Part shown: in pieces, positions 19,727-29,428 of the stretch
Layout: each line of letters begins with the position of its first letter
Position numbering within the stretch: the first letter of the stretch is position 1
Assembly (NCBI GenBank): GCA_038065555.1
Contig: JBBTQS010000002.1
Location: forward strand, 26,399 to 90,398
DNA: 64,000 nt
Origin: Patescibacteria group bacterium
Lineage (GTDB): Bacteria; Patescibacteriota; Patescibacteriia; Magasanikbacterales; JBBTQS01
Direction of reading: 5' to 3'
The notes under the pieces: generated by a model
The model's input: only the letters and a program-made list of their open reading frames with translations
Told to the model about the DNA's origin: nothing
The model's database searches: none
Program-made: the position numbers and the translations under genes

Positions 19727-19877
19727 CAGCCATTCATTCTTTCTGGGGTACAACGTTCCATTCCCTAACCGGGAATGGCCGTCTCGTTCTCGGTCGGCCG
19801 GACAACGGTCCGTCTTTTTGCGTTTTCTGCTGACCGGCCGTCCTGCGAAAGCCCCCAGAAAGAATGAATGGCTGTGC
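19724..19877 (+). repeat. Structured repeat element, copy B; its terminal stem overlaps the last 3 nt of tRNA-Arg
   Basis: Perfect 25-bp terminal stem GCACAGCCATTCATTCTTTCTGGGG/CCCCCAGAAAGAATGAATGGCTGTGC enclosing a core whose first 49 nt are identical to copy A. The internal helix differs from copy A by compensatory changes (CTGATCGG/CCGATCAG becomes TCGGCCGG/CCGGCCGT). Confidence 0.6.
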
Positions 19878-19955
19878 TCCGTTGCATCGTTGACAAGTGG
19901 CGAGAATTTGAGTAGTGTGCGTGAGATACGCGGTGGATTCAAATAGGAGGGCACC

Positions 19956-20366
19956 ATGTACCAAGGCGATGTCCTGATCGTTGTCGAGGAAGTCACGCAC
20001 GCGCTCGAGTACTCCTGCAATGTATTTTTGGGAGAGTCTGGGTTCGCGTGCATTGTCCGATTTCGTATTTCACTGCTCGAGCTGGAGGGGAAACGGCCTG
20101 CAGGTCCGCAGGAGGTTAGAGATGTGTGCAAGTTCTCAGTGGGTGAGCGTGAGTCTGATACCTTAGATGAAGAGGTCTACTGGTTCTGTTACTCTGTGTT
20201 CATTCCTGTTCTGAATAGGCTCTATGTCATGCGTGAAAGTGCCAGAAAGAAAGGCAAGTTATCCGCTATTCCACACGTGTTAGCGGTAGTGGTTCCTGGG
20301 ACTGTCCCGGATACAACCATCGCCAAACTTCGTGAATGCGGCTTCACCCAAAAGCATGAGGCCTGA
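19956..20366 (+). CDS. Hypothetical protein
   Basis: ORF downstream of repeat copy B; no motif recognised. A terminator-like hairpin (AGGTCGATCG...CGGTCGACCT plus TTTTTT) lies at about 20400-20435. Confidence 0.4.
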   Translation: MYQGDVLIVVEEVTHALEYSCNVFLGESGFACIVRFRISLLELEGKRPAGPQEVRDVCKFSVGERESDTLDEEVYWFCYSVFIPVLNRLYVMRESARKKGKLSAIPHVLAVVVPGTVPDTTIAKLRECGFTQKHEA

Positions 20367-20470
20367 GGCAGAACTCACTTCGATTCATAACCAACGCAGG
20401 TCGATCGTAACAACGGTCGACCTCGTGCATTTTTTGGGCACATGTTACTGTGAATGAAAAGTAAATAACA

Positions 20471-20833
20471 GTGACTATGCAAATTATTCTCCCAGACTCA
20501 GTAGATGTGCAGCGATATACAGGCCCTGGTGGATACCAGGTAGCACTAACAAAAGTGGGAATTGACCGACAGGTTGATGTCTTTGGATTCCATGACATTG
20601 TGATTCCGGCTGGACAGTTTAGTAAGGAGCACCATCACACAAAATTTATTGAGTTGTTCTATTGTCTTACGGCAATGCGGTTAAAGATCAATGATGAAAT
20701 GCATTCTGTGCCCGCAGGGGCTATGGTTGTGTTGCAGCCGGGGGATCGGCACGAAGTGTACGCGGACGATGAGGTTCGGTTCTTCGCCATGAAGTTCCCA
20801 CACGTGGATGGAGACAAGGTTGTTACTTCGTAG
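20471..20833 (+). CDS. Cupin-domain protein
   Basis: Two-motif cupin pattern (G..E.HHH...E..Y and PAGAMVVLQPGDRHEV). Confidence 0.65.
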   Translation: MTMQIILPDSVDVQRYTGPGGYQVALTKVGIDRQVDVFGFHDIVIPAGQFSKEHHHTKFIELFYCLTAMRLKINDEMHSVPAGAMVVLQPGDRHEVYADDEVRFFAMKFPHVDGDKVVTS

Positions 20834-20846
20834 CAGTGTAGAAGGA

Positions 20847-21908
20847 TCACTTCGTCGTTGCAGGTAATGGACGCAGGAGTGGCACGATTGCTGCCATGTT
20901 CATGAACGAATAATCATCGTTGAGCGTCTTGTCTTTGTCGTCTCGCCAGACAAGTCGATTGGGGTGCGTGCGGTCAATGAAGCCACGATTGGCTGATTCT
21001 TGGAGCCAGTAGCGCTCCCAAGTTGTCGTGCGCAAATAGCGTTCGGTTGTTGCGCGCAAGAGAACGGTCTGGAGTCCGATTCCAGTGGGCCGACCTGAGC
21101 CGCGCCACGTGAGTTGACCCAGCGGATACCGATTGTGTACATACTGTGCCATGCGGCGTGCTGTTGCGGTGTACTTGGGCTCGTTGAGCTCTTGCCCGAC
21201 AATCGCGAGCATCACGGTTGCCACAAGATGATAGTGAAGTGAATAGGTTGCAGGCGTCCCTTCGCGGTAGATGCCTGATTTGTCGACGCTGCGAAGTGCG
21301 GTGGTGACCTTGGAACGGATAAGCTGTTCGTATTGTGAACGTTCGTCTTCGGTGAAGGAGAGGAGTGAGTGTCGCAAGATGAGTGTTCCGTACGCAGCAC
21401 CCAGAAGTGCTCGGTTCTCGGTGTCTGGTGCACGTAATATCCACGGGAACATCTCCTTCATATTCCGAAGTGCAAGTGCGTGTTCTTCGGGTGTTAGCAC
21501 ATCAGGATGTGCTTCGAGAATGCGCAATCCTAGGTAGAGTCCGATGGCGTCGTGGAAGGATCGCGTGGAGATTTGTGTGTCGTTGCGTCGGATCCAGTTC
21601 GCTTCCTTTGCTCGGCGTGTGATGAGGACATCGCGCAGTGCGGTAGCAACCTTTTCTCGGCTCGCGTCGTCGGTACGGTTCTGGTAGGCGAACGCAAATG
21701 TCATCTGCATGCGCAGATTATGTGTACTGTGCTTCCCACCTTCATTGTACGAGCGTGAAGGCACTGAGGATTTCCACCCACTACCTGTCCACACAATGTC
21801 GAGATACTTGGTGTACTGTGTTGGAATGCTGTGGAGTTGTAGTTGCATGCTCGACGCAGCATGAGCAGGTACAAAAAAGAGGCTGCACTGCAGGGTGAGT
21901 AGCAGCAT
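20847..21908 (-). CDS. Secreted alpha-helical protein, polysaccharide lyase-like (alginate lyase / heparinase II-III-like fold suspected)
   Basis: N-terminal signal peptide (MLLLTLQCSLFFVPAHA). Helix-rich with conserved-looking W/Y/H/R residues. Weak family-level guess only. Confidence 0.4.
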   Translation of the reverse strand: MLLLTLQCSLFFVPAHAASSMQLQLHSIPTQYTKYLDIVWTGSGWKSSVPSRSYNEGGKHSTHNLRMQMTFAFAYQNRTDDASREKVATALRDVLITRRAKEANWIRRNDTQISTRSFHDAIGLYLGLRILEAHPDVLTPEEHALALRNMKEMFPWILRAPDTENRALLGAAYGTLILRHSLLSFTEDERSQYEQLIRSKVTTALRSVDKSGIYREGTPATYSLHYHLVATVMLAIVGQELNEPKYTATARRMAQYVHNRYPLGQLTWRGSGRPTGIGLQTVLLRATTERYLRTTTWERYWLQESANRGFIDRTHPNRLVWRDDKDKTLNDDYSFMNMAAIVPLLRPLPATTK

Positions 21909-21956
21909 GGCAACTACATACTTTTGGAGCGTGTTGATGCGGCGAATAACGGCGGA

Positions 21957-23864
21957 TTAATCACCCAGCTCAATCGCTGCAGAGCTGCGCTGGATCGAGC
22001 GGTTGATAACCGTGTCTGTTGCCTCGAGTGCAGTTGCAGTCATGAGGAGTTGCTGGCCAGCTGTTTGTGATTTGAGACGTACTACGAATGCGGCGCGTTC
22101 GATCTTGTTGCCGCTGGAAAGTGCTGGGATAGTCCAGCGTGCAGACTTGGACTTGGCGTCGAAGGTGAGTGAACCATTCTGGAGTTCCTGTCCGAGCCAT
22201 TCTACCTCACCAACGAGGGATGACTTCACGACAATATCCTTGATCGCATGAGTGTCGTTCTTGACGGTCCAGGTGATGCGGTAGGTGTCACTCGCGTTCA
22301 CAGGTTCGAGCGTCTCAGCGTTCACTGGAACTGCGTCTGCATCAATCGTTGTGTCAGACCCTACAGTGATCGTGATAGGTTGTGTCTGCAACGACACTTG
22401 TGTCCCGTTGTCATACGATCCTTCCGCGATTGCGGTGATGGTGAACTGTGTGAGCTTCGTATAATCCAGGCTCGATTTCGGGAGGAGGCTCAGCGAGAAG
22501 GGAATCGTGTCTTCCTTTTGTGGTTCGAGGTTGCCAAGTGGTGCGCGTTCTTTGCTGGTCCAGGTGAGTGTGACGCGGCGGGTGTCTGGATTCACTTGCT
22601 CGCCAGCGATCTTGGGTTCGCTGCCAGCGTTGAGTGAGTTGATGGCGAGGATAGATTTGTTCTGGAATGACGGCGTGTCGAGCACAGCGCGAATGGTGAG
22701 ATTCTTGATCGCTTTCTCGCTCGTGTTCTTCGAGAACAAGGAGAATGTGAGATTGCCCTCAGGCGCGACAAGCACATCGGAGCTGGAGCCGTTTGCGATG
22801 AGTGAGAGCACAAGGGAGCTGTGTGCAATGGGGAGCTCGTGTTGGTTGCTCGCAACCACGTATTCCTGGCCACCATCTACGAGGGACACTGTGGTGGTGA
22901 TCTTCTCTGTGTCTGTTGAGTCGCCAGTGAATGAGCCAACACCGGTGAGCGTGATAGGTTTGCCTGGAGTGAGAGTTGTTACGAGCCAGATGTTCTTGTC
23001 GATACGCTGTACTCCGTCAACACGAGCTTCGGTCTTCTTCGCCTCATTGAATGTGAAGTGGTCTCCAGCAGCAATCACTACACGGAGTGTTCCTGTCGTT
23101 GCTGTAGATGCGCTGAGCGTGATAGGAAGGGACACGATCGAACCAGGTGAAGCGGTCTTGGGGAATGCATTGGTCAGAGTAATAGGAGATTGGCTGATGG
23201 TCTGGGTGCTCGACGCAATAGATTGGAAGTCAGAATTGAAATTGCTTGGGCGATAGGTGAAGAATGCGCGCAATGATTGTTGCGATCCTGTGGAGCCGAC
23301 GAGAATTCCAGTGATCTCGAGTTCGGCGGTCTTGCTGCCTTCGATAACACCGAATTTCCATTTGGATTTTTCGCTATCAATGGGGAGGAGCGAAGTGTTG
23401 GTGACAGTGAACCCCTCTGGATAGGCGAGTGTGAGCTCGGTTTGTGCTAATTCGAGTCGCTGCCCATTGCGGATTCGAATGCGGTAGGTGATGGTGTCGC
23501 CTGCGGTGACGTTCTCCGGCGCTTGGATTTCGATGGCTACTGATTGTTCGGCGAAATCACTCTGGAATGACGTGAAGACGAAGAATCCCGCCCACGCAGC
23601 ACCACACGCCAAAAGCAAGAAAATGATTGATCCAACAAGGAATCGGCGCCACGTGTGCGACGTTCCATGTGTGAAGTGCTTCATGTCGGGCACTTTGCCA
23701 TTTTCGTCTTTATAAATCGAATGCAGTTGTTCAGACCGCTCGTCGTGCGCCGTAGCCTGTTGTGCTCGCGTGGCACGTGCGATAACAGGTTCTTTTTTTT
23801 GTGCAGCTGTTGCTTTGGTCTTCGGTAGGGGCTTGGCGGTGAATCGGTGGTCTTCGGTAGGCAT
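21957..23864 (-). CDS. Membrane-anchored surface protein with repeated beta-rich (Ig-like/DUF11-like) domains
   Basis: Trimmed to the internal Met (MPTEDHRF) to avoid a 120-nt overlap with the upstream gene. Lys-rich cytoplasmic tail, TM helix (LVGSIIFLLLACGAAWAGFFVF), long Thr/Ser-rich extracellular region. Confidence 0.5.
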   Translation of the reverse strand: MPTEDHRFTAKPLPKTKATAAQKKEPVIARATRAQQATAHDERSEQLHSIYKDENGKVPDMKHFTHGTSHTWRRFLVGSIIFLLLACGAAWAGFFVFTSFQSDFAEQSVAIEIQAPENVTAGDTITYRIRIRNGQRLELAQTELTLAYPEGFTVTNTSLLPIDSEKSKWKFGVIEGSKTAELEITGILVGSTGSQQSLRAFFTYRPSNFNSDFQSIASSTQTISQSPITLTNAFPKTASPGSIVSLPITLSASTATTGTLRVVIAAGDHFTFNEAKKTEARVDGVQRIDKNIWLVTTLTPGKPITLTGVGSFTGDSTDTEKITTTVSLVDGGQEYVVASNQHELPIAHSSLVLSLIANGSSSDVLVAPEGNLTFSLFSKNTSEKAIKNLTIRAVLDTPSFQNKSILAINSLNAGSEPKIAGEQVNPDTRRVTLTWTSKERAPLGNLEPQKEDTIPFSLSLLPKSSLDYTKLTQFTITAIAEGSYDNGTQVSLQTQPITITVGSDTTIDADAVPVNAETLEPVNASDTYRITWTVKNDTHAIKDIVVKSSLVGEVEWLGQELQNGSLTFDAKSKSARWTIPALSSGNKIERAAFVVRLKSQTAGQQLLMTATALEATDTVINRSIQRSSAAIELGD

Positions 23865-23875
23865 ACACGTGGAGG

Positions 23876-26326
23876 TTAGTTTTGGACAGCCGTCATTCCA
23901 AAGAAGGTATCTTGCTCGAATTGGAATTCGGTCATGACGCCGTTCTCGAGCTGTCGAGTGGATGCGGGATTGCCAGAATGCCAAATACTGCGCCATGCTG
24001 GTGGCACAATGACATGAGATCGCACGACGAAGTTGCGCAATCCTGGTTGGCGCTCGAGGAACACGCTGTAGCGAAATGCAGGATCGTACAATGTCGCAGC
24101 GTGTGCAGCGCGCACAAGAACGTTTTGTGTCTTCTGGACTGAGAATGCGGAGAAAGGTAGGCGATAGGTGATGCGCGCAACACTTGTCTCACGCGGTTTG
24201 GTTACCACCCAGTTGCCAAATACGGTTTTGCCGAACTCTTCTGTAACGCGTGTTCCTGATGCTGCATCAAATGCTTCAGCTTGCTCTGTTGCGGTGAGTT
24301 GCTCGTTCTTGTTGGCGTAAGAAAGTGGTTTGTGGAACTGGCTCTCTGCAGGGAATGTGAACCCGGATGCTTCGATCAATGTGCTGCCTTTTGGTACATA
24401 CATACGCACGTAGCTGATACTGCTTGCGTCACTAGTCGTACCATCATGTGTGCGGATGAAATTGACGGTGTTGATGATCGAACCGTCTGGCTGAATCCAT
24501 GCTTGGTGCTCGATGCGGCCAGTCAAATCTGCATCTGACTTTTGTCCGCCGATGTTGCTGATGTTCACGTGGAGATAGTCGCCAGTGGTAGTGCGTAGCG
24601 CGCCATCCCATCCGAGTGTCTGGATCGTGTCCTGTGTATTGGTGTCGGCGCTGTAGATCAGGATGTCACCACGGGTGAGTCCAGCGCTCACAGCACCTGC
24701 TGCAGTTGCCTTGGCTGCGATTGGTGAGTGTGCGAGGCGATCGAGGAGAATCGGTCCGAGCTCTGCGAGCACTGACTTCGGTGTTTTGCTGCCTGCTACA
24801 CGTGCCTGAGCAATATGCGTCTGGAGTGCATCACGAAATGATGTTGCGGTGATTTGCAATCCACCACTCATCGTCACAGGTCCTGTTGCAGTGAGAATAT
24901 CGCTGATGACCTGGTCGTTGATTGCGATGACGCCGTCAACCGTCGGTCCACCTGAGCGTTCGTAGAACCACATCAGGTTGCGTGCCGAAGAAGGGAAGTC
25001 TGGATACCAGTTCGCATCTTGGAATTCCCAGCGGCTATTCACGAGCGAAAGTGGTTGTGGCGGCTCTTGGTGTACTGAGAGTTGTCCTTGCAAATCGTAT
25101 GATCCGCCTTTGGCGATTTCCATACGTTTGATCTCGCCCTGGTCAATGTCAACGAGTGCGTAGGAACCAATAAATCCACCCGTTGCGCGAAGTTCTGCGG
25201 AATTCTGGAGTACAATGAGGTATCGGCGCAGTGACTGTGCTCCCAGTGCGTCGAGTACTGTGGGCATGTTTTTGCGCAGAAGCGCCACGTCGTTGCGTGT
25301 TGCAGTCACTGCTGCGGTGAGTGTTGTTACTGTGTCACGCATGTCAGCTGGGACTGCCTCGAGATCTACAGATTTGAGCGCTTCGTCTGCGCTCACGATA
25401 CGTGGGTACACTCGCGTGAGTGCGTCATTCCAGTAGCTGAGTCGTGTGGTGAGAGGTGAAGAGGTTGGTGCCTGATTCTGTGCGTACAAGAGTTGGGAAG
25501 CAACAAGGGTGAGATCTTCGCCTGCAGTGAGGAGCGCCTCGCCACTACTCACCTTCGTTCCAACATACGGAACCATGCTGAGTAATGTCTTGCTCATGGT
25601 GTCTACTGACGCAAGTGACGCTTGTGCTTGCTCAAATGAAGTGAGCGCTGATACAAGAAGTGATCCGCCCAGTGCGGTGTTGCCTGTTGCGAGTGCGTCC
25701 TTGCTAGCACGAAGCGCTGAGACTGCCTCACCTCCGCGCATTGTAATCGTGTCGCGAACCTGAGTGAGCTCTGGATACGTCGTGAGCGCGTAAATCGGCA
25801 TGGTGAAAAGCAGCGCAAGACTGGTGAATCCAACCGTAAGCGGCTTGCGGATTTTGCCGAATCCTCGTAGGTCCTTGGTAAATCGTCGGTACCAAGATTG
25901 GGTCGAATCGACGCGTTTTTCCTCAGTGAGGAAGTTCTGGCGGGTGAATGTCGACGCTGGGATGACGCGGTCACGTGTAGGAAGGAGCTCAGGGAGTGGC
26001 TTCTTCGTAATTTGATAAGGAGTATCAATGGATTGTTCGGTCAGTGCTTGTGCACGTTCACGAAACGCTTGGAGATTGGGTCGAAATCCGCCTGGTTGCG
26101 CAATGGGAAGGATGGATGGCGGTGCAGGATTGATCTGCGAACGGATTGGTTCAACGGCGTGGAGTACGCTTGCGGTGCGTGGCTTGAGATCTACGATGTG
26201 TGATGAAAGTGGCGCAGCGTCGTGGTCAACAATGACGACAGGAATTCGGCGTACTCGATGAGACGCCGAGCTGTTCGGATTGGATTGGGGAGCGACAAGC
26301 TTCTCCCTGGGCATTTTTGAAAACAA
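23876..26326 (-). CDS. Large membrane-anchored protein of a glycan locus (DUF4012-like architecture)
   Basis: Cytoplasmic N-terminus, one TM (TVGFTSLALLFTMPIYALTTY), roughly 600-aa extracytoplasmic domain. Stop is 1 nt before the glycosyltransferase gene stop/start boundary. Family assignment is from memory of the architecture, not a search. Confidence 0.5.
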   Translation of the reverse strand: MFSKMPREKLVAPQSNPNSSASHRVRRIPVVIVDHDAAPLSSHIVDLKPRTASVLHAVEPIRSQINPAPPSILPIAQPGGFRPNLQAFRERAQALTEQSIDTPYQITKKPLPELLPTRDRVIPASTFTRQNFLTEEKRVDSTQSWYRRFTKDLRGFGKIRKPLTVGFTSLALLFTMPIYALTTYPELTQVRDTITMRGGEAVSALRASKDALATGNTALGGSLLVSALTSFEQAQASLASVDTMSKTLLSMVPYVGTKVSSGEALLTAGEDLTLVASQLLYAQNQAPTSSPLTTRLSYWNDALTRVYPRIVSADEALKSVDLEAVPADMRDTVTTLTAAVTATRNDVALLRKNMPTVLDALGAQSLRRYLIVLQNSAELRATGGFIGSYALVDIDQGEIKRMEIAKGGSYDLQGQLSVHQEPPQPLSLVNSRWEFQDANWYPDFPSSARNLMWFYERSGGPTVDGVIAINDQVISDILTATGPVTMSGGLQITATSFRDALQTHIAQARVAGSKTPKSVLAELGPILLDRLAHSPIAAKATAAGAVSAGLTRGDILIYSADTNTQDTIQTLGWDGALRTTTGDYLHVNISNIGGQKSDADLTGRIEHQAWIQPDGSIINTVNFIRTHDGTTSDASSISYVRMYVPKGSTLIEASGFTFPAESQFHKPLSYANKNEQLTATEQAEAFDAASGTRVTEEFGKTVFGNWVVTKPRETSVARITYRLPFSAFSVQKTQNVLVRAAHAATLYDPAFRYSVFLERQPGLRNFVVRSHVIVPPAWRSIWHSGNPASTRQLENGVMTEFQFEQDTFFGMTAVQN

Positions 26327-27454
26327 TTATCCAGCCCAGTATACCATATTGGCAGTATCGTGTGCCATGCGTTGCCACGAATACTTCGCGAGTGTTGTTG
26401 GTGCGGCAGCGAGTGTGCGTTTGCGCGTCTCTTCGTCGGTGAGCAGTGTGGTAATTCCGGAAGCAATAGCATCGATTGATGTTGGGTCTGTGTACACTGC
26501 AGCGTCTCCAAGAATTTCTGGGAGACAGGAGGTGTTGCTTGCGAGAACTGGCACGCCGTATGCGAGCGCTTCTAGAGGTGGCAATCCGAATCCTTCGGAG
26601 AGCGACACATAGGCTACGCCGCGTGCTCCACAGTAGAGATCGCGCAGTTGGCGATCTGAGACTGCGCCGCGGATTTCGATGGTGTGGCCTAGTGCACGCG
26701 GGAATTGAGAAGCAATTTTCTCCTCTAATTGTAGATAAAAACGGTTTCTTTCGCCTACGAGGATGAGACGGGTTTTGTCCTCAGGTCTGCTGTCTTTGTA
26801 CCGCATGAATGCGCGAACGAGACGCAACAAGTTCTTGTGTGGATAGGCAACGCCAACGTAGAGCAAGTAGGGGGATGTGGACTTTTGTGTTGTTGCTGGT
26901 TCAACGTGTGGTGCGCCTTCGGTGATCACCGTGATTGGTGTTTTTGCTGATGGATACCAATGGCGGATTTCCTCAGCGACGAATTTCGAGGGTGTAATAA
27001 TGTGTTGACTGCGATAGATTGCGTGGCGAAGCGCGAGTCGATAGCCGATTTTTTTGAAGCAATAGAGCAGGTATCCGCGCGTGGATGTGTCGCGACCTGG
27101 GAAGCGGCGCAATGTGAGATCGTGGATCGTGGTGACAAAGGGGCCACGATAGCGTAGTGGGATATTCCAGTGTGGGAAATGCATGAGATCTACACCGGCA
27201 GCTTCGATGATTTTGGGGAATTCGGTTTGTTCGCGCAGGGTGTACCAGGGAATGTCAGCGGTAACAAGGGTGAATTTCTTACTGGGAAGATGTGTGAATA
27301 GCGCACGGTCGGTTTCAAGAACAAAAAGCGTATACACCGTCTCAGGTGCGTCAGGTGGTGGGGTGAGTGTCGCAAGATTGGTGATGAGGTGACGCAGATA
27401 CCGGCCATGTCCTCCATGAATTCCGGCCATGCGTGCGTCGATGCCGATGCGCAT
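26327..27454 (-). CDS. Glycosyltransferase family 4
   Basis: GT-B fold with the C-terminal EGFGLPPLEA motif. Start set at MRIGIDAR (ATG 27454). Confidence 0.8.
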   Translation of the reverse strand: MRIGIDARMAGIHGGHGRYLRHLITNLATLTPPPDAPETVYTLFVLETDRALFTHLPSKKFTLVTADIPWYTLREQTEFPKIIEAAGVDLMHFPHWNIPLRYRGPFVTTIHDLTLRRFPGRDTSTRGYLLYCFKKIGYRLALRHAIYRSQHIITPSKFVAEEIRHWYPSAKTPITVITEGAPHVEPATTQKSTSPYLLYVGVAYPHKNLLRLVRAFMRYKDSRPEDKTRLILVGERNRFYLQLEEKIASQFPRALGHTIEIRGAVSDRQLRDLYCGARGVAYVSLSEGFGLPPLEALAYGVPVLASNTSCLPEILGDAAVYTDPTSIDAIASGITTLLTDEETRKRTLAAAPTTLAKYSWQRMAHDTANMVYWAG

Positions 27455-27651
27455 AGGTCTACCGTTTGATTTTGGCACGCAGAGAAGCGATGTTTTGTGC
27501 ATCACTTGCAGCGCGCACTGTTGTTTTGAGTTTTTTAATCTTTTGTTCGACTGCGGCAATGTGTTGCTGGATTTTCGCAAGCGTGGAGCTGTTGCTAGTG
27601 GGCATATGGGCGTTTGTGCTATAGTTTGAACAAATATATCATGTCACATCT

Positions 27652-28305
27652 ATGAAACATACTCCAGAAGGGAGCCAAGGCGAACAGGTTGAGGGCGCAG
27701 TGGTTGATCAGGCAGCAACAGCACCAGAGGCTGTTGAACAGAAGAGTCACGAATCACAGTTGCATGAGCAAATTGCAGCACTCCGAGCAAAGACTGCTGA
27801 GGTGCGTGAAATGGTGCAGCGTGCAGATCTGTCTGGTGCGCTTCGTGATGTTGCGCAAGAGGATCTTGCTGACTTAGAGTCAGAACTTCGAGCGCTTGAA
27901 GTTGAACAAAAGGCGGAGATTGCTGCAGAGCATGTTGCTGCGGATGAAGCAGCAAGAATGGAACATGCACAGGAAGTCCTCCAGATAGGAGAACGCATGC
28001 TTGCAAATCTCAAAGAGCGCTTTCCTGATGCGGATCCGACGGTATTTGGTAATTTGGGTCAAGTGATGTCGGGTGAACCGAAGTTGCGATCTGTTGAAGC
28101 AGTGGGGAAGGGTCACGTCAAGAATTGGAGCATGAAAACACTACCAGATTATGCGAGAATAGGAGGAGACGCGATTCAAGCTACGTTGGACGGACAGGTG
28201 GCACAAGCTGGAGCGAGACTTCAAGAGGCATATGCAGCGAATAGTGCTCGCGAACAAGAGCGACTTACTGCGTTGGAGACTCCGTCTGCTGAAGGACAGA
28301 AGTAA
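27652..28305 (+). CDS. Hypothetical coiled-coil protein
   Basis: ATG preceded by an AT-rich TATATCAT -10-like box. Glu/Ala/Gln-rich heptad-like sequence. Confidence 0.4.
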   Translation: MKHTPEGSQGEQVEGAVVDQAATAPEAVEQKSHESQLHEQIAALRAKTAEVREMVQRADLSGALRDVAQEDLADLESELRALEVEQKAEIAAEHVAADEAARMEHAQEVLQIGERMLANLKERFPDADPTVFGNLGQVMSGEPKLRSVEAVGKGHVKNWSMKTLPDYARIGGDAIQATLDGQVAQAGARLQEAYAANSAREQERLTALETPSAEGQK

Positions 28306-29428
28306 GGAGAAGTCTCGCAGAGTCTGACCAATCAAATGCGCGTGCGCGGGCAAACCCACGTGCGCGCATTTCGTTTTGTAGGGCGGAATCAGTGAGGAGT
28401 GTGTGTATGGTGTCTGCGAGCATGTCTGGGCGCCAAGGAAGCGCGAAGAGTGCAGCGTCACCAGCTGTTTCTGCGAGTGCTGAACCGTAGCTCGTTATCA
28501 CTGGCACGCCTGCAGCAAACGCTTCTAATAGTGGAATGCCGAATCCTTCGTACCAGGAAGGGTATAGACAGATTGTAGCGTGTGCGATGGCTGCAGACTT
28601 GGTTGCTTCATCAGCAAAACCAAGGATTTGTACGCGCGAGCTGACTTCTGGATGGTTATCAAGGAATTGCTGTGCTTCATCCCATCCGTATCCAGCGGTG
28701 CCTAGGAGTATCAGGCGCGCCGTAGGAAGTTGGCGCAGTACCAATTCGAATGCAGTGAGCGCGCCGAGAATATTCTTGCGCTTCTCACGCGTGCCAATCA
28801 TGAGAATGCTCGGTTCGTTGGTGTGCGCAAAGACACAGGTTGGCTCGCAGTTGTGTGTGGGAAGTGGCGGCGCGGCAGGTGAGATGGTAGTACTGTGCTG
28901 CGACGCAACGCCGAAATAGGTTTGCAAATCTGTGCGCGTGCTCTCGGATACACTGAACACGTGCGTAGCTTGTTGCAAGAGTCGTGGCAGATTGACTGCG
29001 CGATGCCAGAGCCTCGCCCTGAGAGAGAAGAGGTCTGGGGCGATCTGCATCGATACATCGTGTATGGTCAGGAAGAATGGAATACCTGGAGTGACACTCA
29101 AGAAATGAGGGTTGAGTGCGATCACTGCGTCTACTGTGCCGCCTCCGGCACGGCGCACGAGTGTATCAATCGTTGGGCGACCTGTTAACACAATTCCTGC
29201 ATGCAACAGTTTGTTGGGGTATCGAGTGTGCAGGCTGCGTACGTGCGCATATGACCACTGTGGCGCGCGCGCCGTCATCGCAGCAGAGGCGCTGTTGGTG
29301 TATACAATGAATTCGTGTTCGCGTGCCTCAGGTAATGCAAAAAGCGCGTCCAGTAAGTGACGAGCATATCGCGACACGCCTGTAGGCTGCGCCTCAAGCA
29401 GTGGTCGTCCGTCGATGAGGATCCGCAT
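28265..29428 (-). CDS. Glycosyltransferase family 4
   Basis: MRILIDGRPL N-terminus and EGFGIPLLEA C-terminal motif. Confidence 0.8.
   Translation of the reverse strand: MRILIDGRPLLEAQPTGVSRYARHLLDALFALPEAREHEFIVYTNSASAAMTARAPQWSYAHVRSLHTRYPNKLLHAGIVLTGRPTIDTLVRRAGGGTVDAVIALNPHFLSVTPGIPFFLTIHDVSMQIAPDLFSLRARLWHRAVNLPRLLQQATHVFSVSESTRTDLQTYFGVASQHSTTISPAAPPLPTHNCEPTCVFAHTNEPSILMIGTREKRKNILGALTAFELVLRQLPTARLILLGTAGYGWDEAQQFLDNHPEVSSRVQILGFADEATKSAAIAHATICLYPSWYEGFGIPLLEAFAAGVPVITSYGSALAETAGDAALFALPWRPDMLADTIHTLLTDSALQNEMRARGFARARAFDWSDSARLLLTSVLQQTESPTQ

Noticed and set aside
9346-19877. MITE / diversity-generating retroelement interpretation of the repeat family
   Set aside because: Terminal stems are unrelated between copies (no shared terminal inverted repeats), differences are compensatory rather than adenine-specific, and no reverse transcriptase or transposase is nearby.
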